DNA from: an uncultured Thiomicrospira sp.
Lineage (GTDB): Bacteria; Pseudomonadota; Gammaproteobacteria; CAKMZV01
NCBI GenBank assembly: GCA_965195345.1
Contig: OZ239628.1
Location: forward strand, 64,001 to 128,000
DNA length: 64,000 bases
Direction: 5' to 3'
A model generated the notes under the pieces. It did not search any database. It was not told the DNA's origin and saw only the letters and a list, made by a program, of their open reading frames with translations. Shown piece after piece: positions 41,975 through 51,052 of this stretch. A program made the position numbers and the translations under genes. The number at the start of each line of letters is the position of its first letter. Within the stretch, counting starts at the first letter, position 1.

Positions 41975-43282
41975 ATGAATTTAGAAAAAATAGCAAAATC
42001 GGAAGGAATTAAATATTTTCTAATCAGCTTTGTTGATTTATTCGGTGTGTTACGGGCAAAAATGGTGCCCGCTGCTGCCATAGCCGACATGCAGGAGAAT
42101 GGTGCGGGGTTTGCGGGATTTGCTGCTTGGATGGATATGACACCAGCGCATCCAGACACCCTCACAATGCCTGATGCTAATTCACTCATCCAGTTGCCTT
42201 GGAAGCCTGAAATTGGTTGGCTGAGTGGCGACTTATGGATGGATGGCAAACCTGTTGAATCTTGTCCACGCGTGGCTTTAAAGCGTCAAATAGAGAAATG
42301 TGATAAATTGGGAATGCGCCCTAAAACCGGCGTTGAATGCGAGTTTTTCCTCGTTGATCCTTCAGGCACAGTATTGGCTGACCCTGCTGACGTCCAAGAG
42401 AAACCTTGCTACGATCAACAAGCATTGATGCGCCGATATGACATTATCAGTGAAATTTGTGATGCGATGCTCTCATTGGGTTGGGAGCCTTATCAAAACG
42501 ACCATGAAGATGCCAACGGGCAATTTGAAATGAATTGGGCATTTGATGATGCTTTGGTTACTGCAGATCGGCATACGTTTTTCAAGTACATGGCAAAATC
42601 AATCGCTGAAAAACATGGTCTAAGGGCCACATTTATGCCAAAACCATTTGCTAATTTAACGGGCAATGGTTGTCATGCACACATTTCTATGTGGAATAAG
42701 AATGGCAGCAAAAATGAATTTCTGGATTCTAAAGACAAACGCAAGCTCGGTTTATCTACGACCGCCTATCAATTCCTCGGCGGAATTATGGATAATGCGC
42801 AAGCACTCTGTGCATTCTTCAATCCAACAGTCAACAGCTATAAACGCATTAACACGTCAACTAGTTCTTCAGGCGCATCGTGGTCGCCTTCGACTATTAC
42901 TTACAGTGGCAACAATAGAACACATTTAGTACGTGTGCCGGGCGATGGTCGTTTTGAGTTGCGTTTGATGGATGGCGCAGCCAATCCATTTTTAATGCAA
43001 GCAGGTGTTATTGCTGCAGGTCTTGATGGTATTTCCAAAAAGACTAACCCAGGTGACCCTCTGCATATCAACATGTATACTGACCCTTATGAGGCTAAAG
43101 AGTCCGAAAAACTGCCACTAAACTTGCTTGATGCTCTGCGCTTACTTGATAAAAATAAAATCATCCGTGCGCAACTTGGTGATGAATTGGTTGATGGATT
43201 TCTAAAGCTAAAGCACCAAGAATTAAATCGATTTAATGCCAGCGTTTCCGATTGGGAACGCATTAACACTTTGGATTGTTAA
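41975..43282 (+). CDS. gmaS: Gamma-glutamylmethylamide synthetase (GlnT-type glutamine synthetase homologue)
   Basis: KYFLISFVDLFG..RAKMVP, GAGFAGFAAW, KPCYDQQALMR, YQNDHEDANGQFEMNW, SGASWSP. Confidence 0.92.
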   Translation: MNLEKIAKSEGIKYFLISFVDLFGVLRAKMVPAAAIADMQENGAGFAGFAAWMDMTPAHPDTLTMPDANSLIQLPWKPEIGWLSGDLWMDGKPVESCPRVALKRQIEKCDKLGMRPKTGVECEFFLVDPSGTVLADPADVQEKPCYDQQALMRRYDIISEICDAMLSLGWEPYQNDHEDANGQFEMNWAFDDALVTADRHTFFKYMAKSIAEKHGLRATFMPKPFANLTGNGCHAHISMWNKNGSKNEFLDSKDKRKLGLSTTAYQFLGGIMDNAQALCAFFNPTVNSYKRINTSTSSSGASWSPSTITYSGNNRTHLVRVPGDGRFELRLMDGAANPFLMQAGVIAAGLDGISKKTNPGDPLHINMYTDPYEAKESEKLPLNLLDALRLLDKNKIIRAQLGDELVDGFLKLKHQELNRFNASVSDWERINTLDC

Positions 43283-43283
43283 C

Positions 43284-44531
43284 ATGCCTATTGGTCTTCT
43301 AAAATACGGACTTTCAGGTAAGTATTACCCAGTTAAGAAACATTTTACCCCGAGCAGCACCCCGCTTAAAAAACATTACGATGTTGTCATTATAGGTGGT
43401 GGTGGGCACGGTGCTGCAATTGCCTATTATTTATCAAAATATCATGGGATAAAGAATGTTGCGATTCTGGAAAAAAATTACCTTGGCGGTGGCAATACAG
43501 CAAGAAATACCGCCGTATTGCGCGCGAACTATCTAACGGAAGAAGGCATTACTTTTTATCGCGAATCAATGAAACTTTATCGAAGCTTGAGCGATGAGTT
43601 TGATTACAACATTCTATGGGAAAACCGTGGGCAACTTACTTTGGCGCACTCGGATGCCGCAATTCGCAGTTTCCGTTGGCGTGCTGAAATGAACAAAGAG
43701 TTTGGCGTTGGATCGGAAATGATTGACTTAAAGGAAATTAAAAAACTCGTACCTCTATTAAATACACGTGATGATGTCCGTTTTCCTGTCTTAGCAGGAC
43801 TATGGCACTATGATGGCGGTACAGCGCGCCATGACGCTGTAGCATGGGGATTTGCAAAAGGCGCTTGTGAACGTGGCGTTGAGTTGCACCAATGCACCGA
43901 AGTACTTGGCATGGAAGTCAAAAACAATAAAGTCACTACGGTAAAAACTAATCGCGGTGACATATCTTGCTCTCAAGTAGTGCAAGCGGTTGCTGGTATG
44001 AGTTCCCCTGTTGCTAAAATGGTTGGAATCTCCTTGCCCATCCACACCTACCCCTTGCAAGCGATGGTTACCCAACCTTACAAACCAATTATTTCTCCAT
44101 TAGTGAGCTCGCCGCATCTGCATGTATATATTCAACAGACTTCTCGAGGAGAGATGGTTATCGGTGGTGGCTCTGATCCATACCCTCTTTATAGCACACG
44201 CTCTTCACTTGAACTAAAAGAGACACTCGCTTCTGCCGCATGTGAATTATTCCCATTCTTTAAGGAATTAAGAGTTCTGCGTCAATGGGCAGGAATTACT
44301 GATATGACTCCTGATTACAGCCCAATAATGGGCAAAAGCCCTATCGATAACTATTACCTTGATGCAGGTTGGGGAACGTGGGGTTTTAAAGCAACGCCCA
44401 TCTCAGGAAAAACCATTGCGGAATTAGTCGCAACAAATAAAGTCCCAGACTTGATCGCGCCCTTTGCATTATCAAGATTTGATAATTATGCGCTGGTCAA
44501 CGAAGCGGGTGCAACAGCTGCCAGTCACTAA
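43284..44531 (+). CDS. mgdA: N-methylglutamate dehydrogenase / sarcosine oxidase beta subunit (SoxB-like)
   Basis: GGGGHG, GGGNTARNT..LRANY, GGTARHDAVAWG, GWGTWGFKATP, C-terminal E.GATAASH. Start at ATG 43284 is inferred. Confidence 0.88.
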   Translation: MPIGLLKYGLSGKYYPVKKHFTPSSTPLKKHYDVVIIGGGGHGAAIAYYLSKYHGIKNVAILEKNYLGGGNTARNTAVLRANYLTEEGITFYRESMKLYRSLSDEFDYNILWENRGQLTLAHSDAAIRSFRWRAEMNKEFGVGSEMIDLKEIKKLVPLLNTRDDVRFPVLAGLWHYDGGTARHDAVAWGFAKGACERGVELHQCTEVLGMEVKNNKVTTVKTNRGDISCSQVVQAVAGMSSPVAKMVGISLPIHTYPLQAMVTQPYKPIISPLVSSPHLHVYIQQTSRGEMVIGGGSDPYPLYSTRSSLELKETLASAACELFPFFKELRVLRQWAGITDMTPDYSPIMGKSPIDNYYLDAGWGTWGFKATPISGKTIAELVATNKVPDLIAPFALSRFDNYALVNEAGATAASH

Positions 44532-44546
44532 ATTTTAAGGAGAAAA

Positions 44547-45884
44547 ATGCAAACACACAATCTGCCTTCATCCATTGACTACCTAATTATTGGAGCAGGA
44601 ATGCATGGCTTGTCAACTGCTTATCATTTAGCAAAATTGCAGCCAAACAAGTCAATCGCCATTGTTGATAAAAATGAGCTCGGAAAAGGAGCCACAAGCA
44701 TCGCTTGTGGTGTCGTACGTAATAACTATTTTCAGCCCGCTATGCGTAAACTAATGGCGCACTCCGTTGGTTTGTGGGAAAAGCATGCTAAAGAACTGTA
44801 CTACCATTCTGTTGGCTATATGCAAATTAGCATGGAAAGCATGCATGAAGATATTGCCTCAATTTATCAACAGCAGAAAGAAATTGGCTATGAGTCTGTT
44901 TTTATTGAAGGCGAGAAAGCGTCGATGGACTACATGAAAAATATGTTCAGCGATTGGCAAGCTCCATCAATCACCTCAGTACTGCACGAAAAAAGAGGCG
45001 GTTTCTCCCACAATACTTTAGCTATTAACGGTTTGGCAAAAATGGTACGCGATGCTGGTGTTGACATTCATACGAATGTAGAAGTCACATCAATGAAACG
45101 TGAAAGTTCGAGCAACGCAATTAAATCTGTAGAAACCTCTCAAGGAAATATTGAAGTTGGAGAGGTCATTGTAGCGCCCGGTCCTTGGGTTCGATCTTTT
45201 TGGAAAATGCTTGATTTGCCAGAGACTATTCAGATAAAAGGGAGAGATGGTCAAATGTATGACTCCCAAATGTGGCACTATTGGATGTTGCAAGAAGGTG
45301 TACTCAATATGCCTCCTTCATCGCTGTATACAAATGACAATCGTGTCCCTCCTGTGCTACACGTTGATTCCGATGCACCACTGTATTCTGATTCGACTGG
45401 AAAACGCCTCACTGCCGAAGGAGAGTCTTGGGGCATATACTACAAGCCTGACGAACACTTTGGCGGTATACAAGGGGGCTATGCTCCGTATCGCTTGGAG
45501 GAAGATAATGATAAGGTGGCAATTGAACCTTACGGAAAGCATTCGAAAAAATATCTTGTTACCGACCACTTTGTTGATGTATGGTGTTCTGCTTTAGCAG
45601 CCTGCATGCAACGTTTTGAAGGAAAGTCAGGTTTGTATAAACGTGAACCTTCTGGAGGCTTGGGTTGTTTGACTCCTGATAACTTTCCTATATTTGATCG
45701 CTACAGCGACAATGTCTATATCATTGCGGACGCTAACCATGGCTACAAAATGCTTGGAGTAGGTCAATTGGTTGCACAAGAGATTTCTGGAGAGCCCGCT
45801 GAATTACTTAAACCATTCCGTTTTGATCGTTATGAAAAGGGTGAACTTCATCCATTAAGTAACTCTCCATTTCCATGGAGTTAA
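44547..45884 (+). CDS. FAD-dependent DAO/SoxB-like oxidoreductase of unknown substrate
   Basis: GAGMHGLSTAYHLA dinucleotide fold, GATSIACGVVRNNY, TPDNFPIFD, HGYKM; AAGGAG RBS. Confidence 0.8.
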   Translation: MQTHNLPSSIDYLIIGAGMHGLSTAYHLAKLQPNKSIAIVDKNELGKGATSIACGVVRNNYFQPAMRKLMAHSVGLWEKHAKELYYHSVGYMQISMESMHEDIASIYQQQKEIGYESVFIEGEKASMDYMKNMFSDWQAPSITSVLHEKRGGFSHNTLAINGLAKMVRDAGVDIHTNVEVTSMKRESSSNAIKSVETSQGNIEVGEVIVAPGPWVRSFWKMLDLPETIQIKGRDGQMYDSQMWHYWMLQEGVLNMPPSSLYTNDNRVPPVLHVDSDAPLYSDSTGKRLTAEGESWGIYYKPDEHFGGIQGGYAPYRLEEDNDKVAIEPYGKHSKKYLVTDHFVDVWCSALAACMQRFEGKSGLYKREPSGGLGCLTPDNFPIFDRYSDNVYIIADANHGYKMLGVGQLVAQEISGEPAELLKPFRFDRYEKGELHPLSNSPFPWS

Positions 45885-45953
45885 GCAAAACGAAGGTATA
45901 TGCTATAAACTGTATTTTATTGTTTTTTATTTTTAATAATCGAAGGAGAATGT

Positions 45954-47420
45954 ATGACAGACCTAGACAAACACGTTAATCAGCCTGGTCGTGCTGATTT
46001 AGTAAAACAAGTTCGTGAAAAAATAAATGAGCTGGGCATAACTTATGTGTATTTCCAATTCATTTCAGTTACTGGACGCATCGTTGGTAAAGGCATTCCT
46101 GCCGATCACTGGGAACGCGTCGCTGAAAAAGGATTCCAACTTGTATATGGCTCAACCGCCAACTTATATGTAGATAGACATGGCGAATATATCGGCTATG
46201 GTCCTGAGTCTTCAGAGTTAGTAGGTATTCCCGACCCTGAAACATTTTGTCAACTACCTTGGGACAAACGTATTGCCCGTGTTTTTTGTACTTGTTTTCG
46301 CAATCGCGAAGAAAAAGTCAATCCAGGTGGACATCTAACCTCTGACTGTCGCGGTAACCTACGTCAGCACATGCGTGAAATGGAAAACGAGCATGGCTTG
46401 CACATGCGTTGCGGCACAGAGCCAGAAATGATGTGGTTAAAACGCGATGAAAATGGAAAACTTGCTGGTATAACCAAACCTAATTGCTATCATATAGATC
46501 AATTTGAAGAATTGCGTAAACCTTTTATGCGCGTTGTTGAATATTCTCAAGCAATGGGTCTCGATATGATTCAAGGAGATCATGAAGACGCACCTGGGCA
46601 ACTCGAATTAAACTGGATGTTTGATGATGTCCTACGCAATGCCGATCGCTTATCCACCTACCGTCAAATATGTGCACAAGTAGGTCGTGAATTTGGTCTA
46701 GTTGCTTGTTTTATGACAAAACCATTCGTTGGTGTTTCTGCTTCAGGATGCCACCATAATATGTCTCTTTGGAAAGGCGGCAAAGACATTGTTAATCGCC
46801 TTCACAATGATGTTCTACCAGGACTTGAAGGCGTTTTCACTTATTCCGAAGGTGGTGAAAATACTTTTATGCCTGACCCAAGTATCGATAAATACAAACC
46901 CGGACCTGTAGGGTTAAAATCGATTGGAGGCGTTCTTAAAAACATTCGCGCTCTAACTGCCATCGGATCGTCCACTGTCAACTCTTATCGTCGTCTATGG
47001 GATACCGGTTTCTGGGCTCCAGTTTTTGCTGATTGGGGTTATCAAAATAGAACTTGTGGATTACGTGTATCGGCGCCCGGTCGCTTCGAATATCGTTCAG
47101 TCGATTCCATGGTTAATCCATATTTAATGGGTAGTGCTTTAATAAAAAGCTTTGCTGATGGCATCACAAATGATCTGGATCCAGGCGAGCCTGAAGAACG
47201 CAACATCTATGAAGCACAGCAAGCGGGTAAAAACGTTGAACGCTTGCCTATGTCATTAGGCGAGGCTTTGGACGCACTGGAAGCAAACGAAGTGATTAAA
47301 TCTGCTATGCCCGATGAGATGTATACCGTCTTTTCTCACTACAAGCGCAATGAGTGGGAAATGTTTAACCATACGGTTACTGATTGGGATTTGGAAACTT
47401 ATTGGGATTACCTCCCATAA
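45954..47420 (+). CDS. Second glutamine synthetase-like (gamma-glutamyl-amine ligase) protein
   Basis: GTEPEM, DHEDAPGQLELN, KPF....SGCHHNMSLW, NSYRRL, WGYQNRT, RFEYRSVD. Lacks the FDGSS and GYEAP residues of true GlnA. Confidence 0.85.
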   Translation: MTDLDKHVNQPGRADLVKQVREKINELGITYVYFQFISVTGRIVGKGIPADHWERVAEKGFQLVYGSTANLYVDRHGEYIGYGPESSELVGIPDPETFCQLPWDKRIARVFCTCFRNREEKVNPGGHLTSDCRGNLRQHMREMENEHGLHMRCGTEPEMMWLKRDENGKLAGITKPNCYHIDQFEELRKPFMRVVEYSQAMGLDMIQGDHEDAPGQLELNWMFDDVLRNADRLSTYRQICAQVGREFGLVACFMTKPFVGVSASGCHHNMSLWKGGKDIVNRLHNDVLPGLEGVFTYSEGGENTFMPDPSIDKYKPGPVGLKSIGGVLKNIRALTAIGSSTVNSYRRLWDTGFWAPVFADWGYQNRTCGLRVSAPGRFEYRSVDSMVNPYLMGSALIKSFADGITNDLDPGEPEERNIYEAQQAGKNVERLPMSLGEALDALEANEVIKSAMPDEMYTVFSHYKRNEWEMFNHTVTDWDLETYWDYLP

Positions 47421-47436
47421 CAACAGGTGTTTTCTT

Positions 47437-47468
47437 CATTATTGAGCGTGCTTTCACGCTCAATAATG
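47437..47468 (+). other. Perfect 14-bp hairpin between the GS-like gene and the mgsA-like gene
   Basis: CATTATTGAGCGTG-CTTT-CACGCTCAATAATG; no long U-tract. Confidence 0.7.
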
Positions 47469-47503
47469 TTAACTAAAATTTATCTACAATCTAAGGAGAG
47501 AAT

Positions 47504-48439
47504 ATGTGCGGAATCGCAGGAATTATTCATAGAGGCGGTCCTTCCAAAAGTCTTGGAAAGGAGATGACTGCAATGTTGCAATCTCTGAAACATAGAGGAC
47601 CAGACTCTACTGGTTTTGCAATGTATGGGAGTGATCGAACCAACTATATTGTTCGTTTCAAAACCGCTGAACAAGAAGACATGGCAAAAGGATTTGAAAT
47701 AGGTGACAAAGTCAAACTACGAAAAGCAGAAGTTAATAGTCGTTTGAACACTTTGGGAGCTCAAATCATTGCTGAAGAAAGCCCTACTGAATATGCGCAT
47801 CGATATGAGGTCGCTTTTAGCGGAGATTTGAAAAAGATGGCAGACTACATTGAGGATATTGAAGGCGTTGAAATCATGTCAATAGGCAATACTCTTGAAC
47901 TTATAAAAGACTTGGGTGATTCGGCTGATGTGGCTGGAGCATATGAGATTGCATCGTTTGCTGGAACACATGCTATTGGACACACACGCATGGCTACTGA
48001 ATCAGACGTTGATATGCGTTCTGCCCACCCATATTGGGCATATCCATTCAGTGATGTTTCGGTGGTACATAACGGACAACTCACTAACTATTGGACTAAT
48101 CGCCGTGATCTTGAACGTAGTGGTCATCGTTTTTCATCAGACTGTGATTCCGAGTTAATTGCGGTCTATATTGCTGACCGGATGAATCAAGGAGATGACC
48201 TTGAGTCCGCGATGAAGCGCTCTATTGACTTTCTTGATGGCGTATTTACTTATATTATCGCAACACGTGATCAAATGGGTATGGCCAAAGATGTTATGGC
48301 AGCAAAACCAATGGTTCTGCACGAGAGCGAAAATCTGATTGTAATGGCTTCTGAAGAAATAGCCATTCGTCAGGTGTTCGATCACGATGTAGACACCTAT
48401 GATCCTTACCATGGAGAGGTAAAAGTATGGGCCAATTAA
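47504..48439 (+). CDS. mgsA: N-methylglutamate synthase subunit A-like (class II glutamine amidotransferase, GlxB)
   Basis: N-terminal MCGIAG nucleophile, HRGPDS, GHTRMATES, HNGQL, DSE. Confidence 0.8.
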   Translation: MCGIAGIIHRGGPSKSLGKEMTAMLQSLKHRGPDSTGFAMYGSDRTNYIVRFKTAEQEDMAKGFEIGDKVKLRKAEVNSRLNTLGAQIIAEESPTEYAHRYEVAFSGDLKKMADYIEDIEGVEIMSIGNTLELIKDLGDSADVAGAYEIASFAGTHAIGHTRMATESDVDMRSAHPYWAYPFSDVSVVHNGQLTNYWTNRRDLERSGHRFSSDCDSELIAVYIADRMNQGDDLESAMKRSIDFLDGVFTYIIATRDQMGMAKDVMAAKPMVLHESENLIVMASEEIAIRQVFDHDVDTYDPYHGEVKVWAN

Positions 48440-49269
48440 ATCAAGATAAATCCCAATTGATGGGTCTGCACGGCGAACAACTGTCAGGACGAACACAGCA
48501 ACAATTTTTTTCAGTGGATGAAAGTGCTAATCTAACGTACCCGTTTTCATTCGATGTTGATTTCAATAAAAAAGAAGTTATTGATGCTGAAGACCTTACG
48601 CCCACTGAGATTAACTTACAAATTCGAAAATTGATGGAAAATGGTATCGGTTCTATCACAGTGAAAAATCCCAAAGCACGCCATGGTTTAGGCGTTGGAA
48701 TCCTCAATCGTTTAAACCTTACTTTTGAAGGCAGCCTCGGGTATTTTGGTTGTGGCTTGGTTGATGGAGCTAACATTCATATTACAGGTCGTGTTGGTTG
48801 GTCATGCGCCGAAAACATGATGGCTGGCACGGTGGTCATTGAGAAGAATGGCGGTTCTACTTTCGGAGCAGCAATTCGTGGTGGCGACCTTGTTTGTAAA
48901 GGATCTGTTGGAGCTCGGACTGGGATCGACCAAAAGGGTGGAACTATCATTGTCGGTGGCAAAACAGGTGCATTTTCTGGATTCATGATGCAACGTGGTC
49001 GCATGATTATTTGTGGCGATGCAGGAATAAACCTTGGCGACTCCATGTACGATGGAACAATATATGTTGGTGGCGATATTGAGGGATTGGGGGTTGATGC
49101 TGTTGAGGCAGAAATAACCGACCTAGATATTGCTTGGCTTGAAGGGAAACTCTCCTTGTATGCCATTGAAGCACCTTGTGGTGTGAAAAACATGAAAAAA
49201 ATCGTTTCTGGAAAACAGCTGTGGAATTACGACAGTCTTGAACCCAGTGAGAAAAAACTCGTTCTGTAA
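48427..49269 (+). CDS. mgsB: N-methylglutamate synthase subunit B-like (GXGXG/FwdC beta-helix, GlxC)
   Basis: GXGXG repeats; AENMMAG, GGTIIVGG..GAFSGFMMQRG, LGDSMYDG. Confidence 0.82.
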   Translation: MGQLNQDKSQLMGLHGEQLSGRTQQQFFSVDESANLTYPFSFDVDFNKKEVIDAEDLTPTEINLQIRKLMENGIGSITVKNPKARHGLGVGILNRLNLTFEGSLGYFGCGLVDGANIHITGRVGWSCAENMMAGTVVIEKNGGSTFGAAIRGGDLVCKGSVGARTGIDQKGGTIIVGGKTGAFSGFMMQRGRMIICGDAGINLGDSMYDGTIYVGGDIEGLGVDAVEAEITDLDIAWLEGKLSLYAIEAPCGVKNMKKIVSGKQLWNYDSLEPSEKKLVL

Positions 49270-49307
49270 AGGAACTTGATACACCGTTAAATATTAGAGG
49301 TATATAT

Positions 49308-50645
49308 ATGAGTACAAATGACGATCGATATCGTTTAGGAAAAAGTTTCATGTTCCCCAAAGAGGTGATGAATGACATTCATATCAAATCCGAATTGGGC
49401 CGTTATAGAATGCGTGGATTCTCGCTTTTCAAAAAAATCCCTACTTGGGATGATCTAACATTCATGCCAGGAACGTTAACGCGTTTTGTAATCGAAGGTT
49501 ATCGTGAGAAATGCGAAACAAAAACCATTATTGGTCCTAATGCTAAAAAACCATTAGAACTCGACATTCCTATTTACGTTACTGGAATGAGCTTTGGCGC
49601 TTTAAGCTACGAGGCAAAAGTAGCACTTGCTCGTGGTGCAACCATGGCAGGAACAGCTACTTGTTCAGGCGAAGGCGGTATGATTCCTGATGAACGCCGT
49701 TATTCAAGTAAGTGGTTCTACCAATGCATCCAATCACGTTATGGCTTTAACCCGAATCACTTGCGCTTAGCTGATGCTGTTGAATTTTTCATCGGTCAAG
49801 GGTGTAAAGTCGGTTTAGGAGGGCATTTAATGGGACAGAAAGTAACCGATCAAGTTGCTGAAATGCGTTCACTTCCAGCAGGTATTGATCAACGATCTCC
49901 TGCGCGCCATCCTGATTGGTTAGGCCCAGATGATCTGGCGCTGAAAATCGAAGAAATTCGTGAAGCAACCGATGGTCAAATTCCCATTCAGTTAAAACTT
50001 GGGGCAGCACGTGTATACGATGATGTGCGTATGGCTGCTAAAACTGGTGCTGATAGCATTTATATTGATGGCATGGAAGGTGGCACAGGTGCAGGGCCTC
50101 ACCTTGCAACTGAAGAAACAGGAGTACCGGGTATTGCTGCCATCCGTCAAGCCAGACGCGCGCTGGAAGATGTGGGGAAATCAGGTGAAATCACTCTTAT
50201 CTACGCAGGTGGTATTCGCAATGGCGGTGATGTTGCCAAAGCATTAGCACTGGGCGCTGATGGTGTCGCTATTGGACATTCCGCTCTTATGGCATTAAAC
50301 TGCAATAAAGACATCCCTGAAGCGGATTATGAAAAAGAAATGGGCGTTAAAGCAGGAGAATGCTATCACTGTCACACGGGTCGTTGCCCTGTGGGCGTTG
50401 CTACGCAAGACCCTGAGTTACGTAAACGCCTTGATCCCGATGCCGCCGCTGAACGCGTGTACAACTTTCTACATTGCCTTGCCATTGAATGTCAAATGAT
50501 GGCTCGTGCTTGTGGTAAAACAAATGTTCACTCACTGGAGCCCGAAGATTTATCTGCTTTAACAATGGAAGCTTCTGCCATGGCAGGTGTTCCACTGGCA
50601 GGTACGCAACACACGGTCGGCCATCCAGACATGAAACGCTTTTAA
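49308..50645 (+). CDS. mgsC: N-methylglutamate synthase subunit C-like (FMN-binding glutamate synthase domain, GlxD)
   Basis: GMSFGALS, GEGGM, GQGCK.G.GG.L.GQK, DQRSPARHPDW.GPDDL, CYHCHTGRCPVGVATQD (3Fe-4S). Confidence 0.87.
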   Translation: MSTNDDRYRLGKSFMFPKEVMNDIHIKSELGRYRMRGFSLFKKIPTWDDLTFMPGTLTRFVIEGYREKCETKTIIGPNAKKPLELDIPIYVTGMSFGALSYEAKVALARGATMAGTATCSGEGGMIPDERRYSSKWFYQCIQSRYGFNPNHLRLADAVEFFIGQGCKVGLGGHLMGQKVTDQVAEMRSLPAGIDQRSPARHPDWLGPDDLALKIEEIREATDGQIPIQLKLGAARVYDDVRMAAKTGADSIYIDGMEGGTGAGPHLATEETGVPGIAAIRQARRALEDVGKSGEITLIYAGGIRNGGDVAKALALGADGVAIGHSALMALNCNKDIPEADYEKEMGVKAGECYHCHTGRCPVGVATQDPELRKRLDPDAAAERVYNFLHCLAIECQMMARACGKTNVHSLEPEDLSALTMEASAMAGVPLAGTQHTVGHPDMKRF

Positions 50646-50659
50646 ACAGGAGAAACACA

Positions 50660-51052
50660 ATGACTGACAAAAAACAAGATGCTGATTATTTCTTAAAATC
50701 TGATGGACTTGATTCCAATCGCGAAAAAGAGATTGGTCAGCACATCGGTTATCGTTATGATGTTAACCTCGTGCCTGATATGAAGTATATCACGCCGTTT
50801 TTACAATCTTATATTGAAAAAATGGGCTGGTCTGACTTAAATTGGTTAGAAGATGTTCATATGGGCTATGAGGAAAATCGTGCAGCCGTATTTGATCGAA
50901 ATATTAATGGTTGGGTTACCGTTCCAGATAGTATAACGCTGCCCGATAATCAGCAAGAGCGTGATATGATCGCCCGTGAATTGCTTATTAAATTTCAAAT
51001 GTCTGGGAAACACCCTCTTGTTGATTTAATCAAAGCATACCGCAAGTTCTAA
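50660..51052 (+). CDS. Hypothetical 130-aa soluble protein within the mgs/mgd operon
   Basis: AGGAG RBS; stop overlaps the mgdB start (TAATG); no recognisable motif. Confidence 0.8.
   Translation: MTDKKQDADYFLKSDGLDSNREKEIGQHIGYRYDVNLVPDMKYITPFLQSYIEKMGWSDLNWLEDVHMGYEENRAAVFDRNINGWVTVPDSITLPDNQQERDMIARELLIKFQMSGKHPLVDLIKAYRKF

Noticed and set aside
45954-47420. Housekeeping glutamine synthetase glnA
   Set aside because: It lacks the FDGSS and GYEAP ammonium-site residues and sits inside the methylamine operon.
49308-50645. Fragmented or pseudogenised gltB
   Set aside because: The three separate amidotransferase, GXGXG and FMN genes are intact and match the normal MgsABC/GlxBCD architecture.
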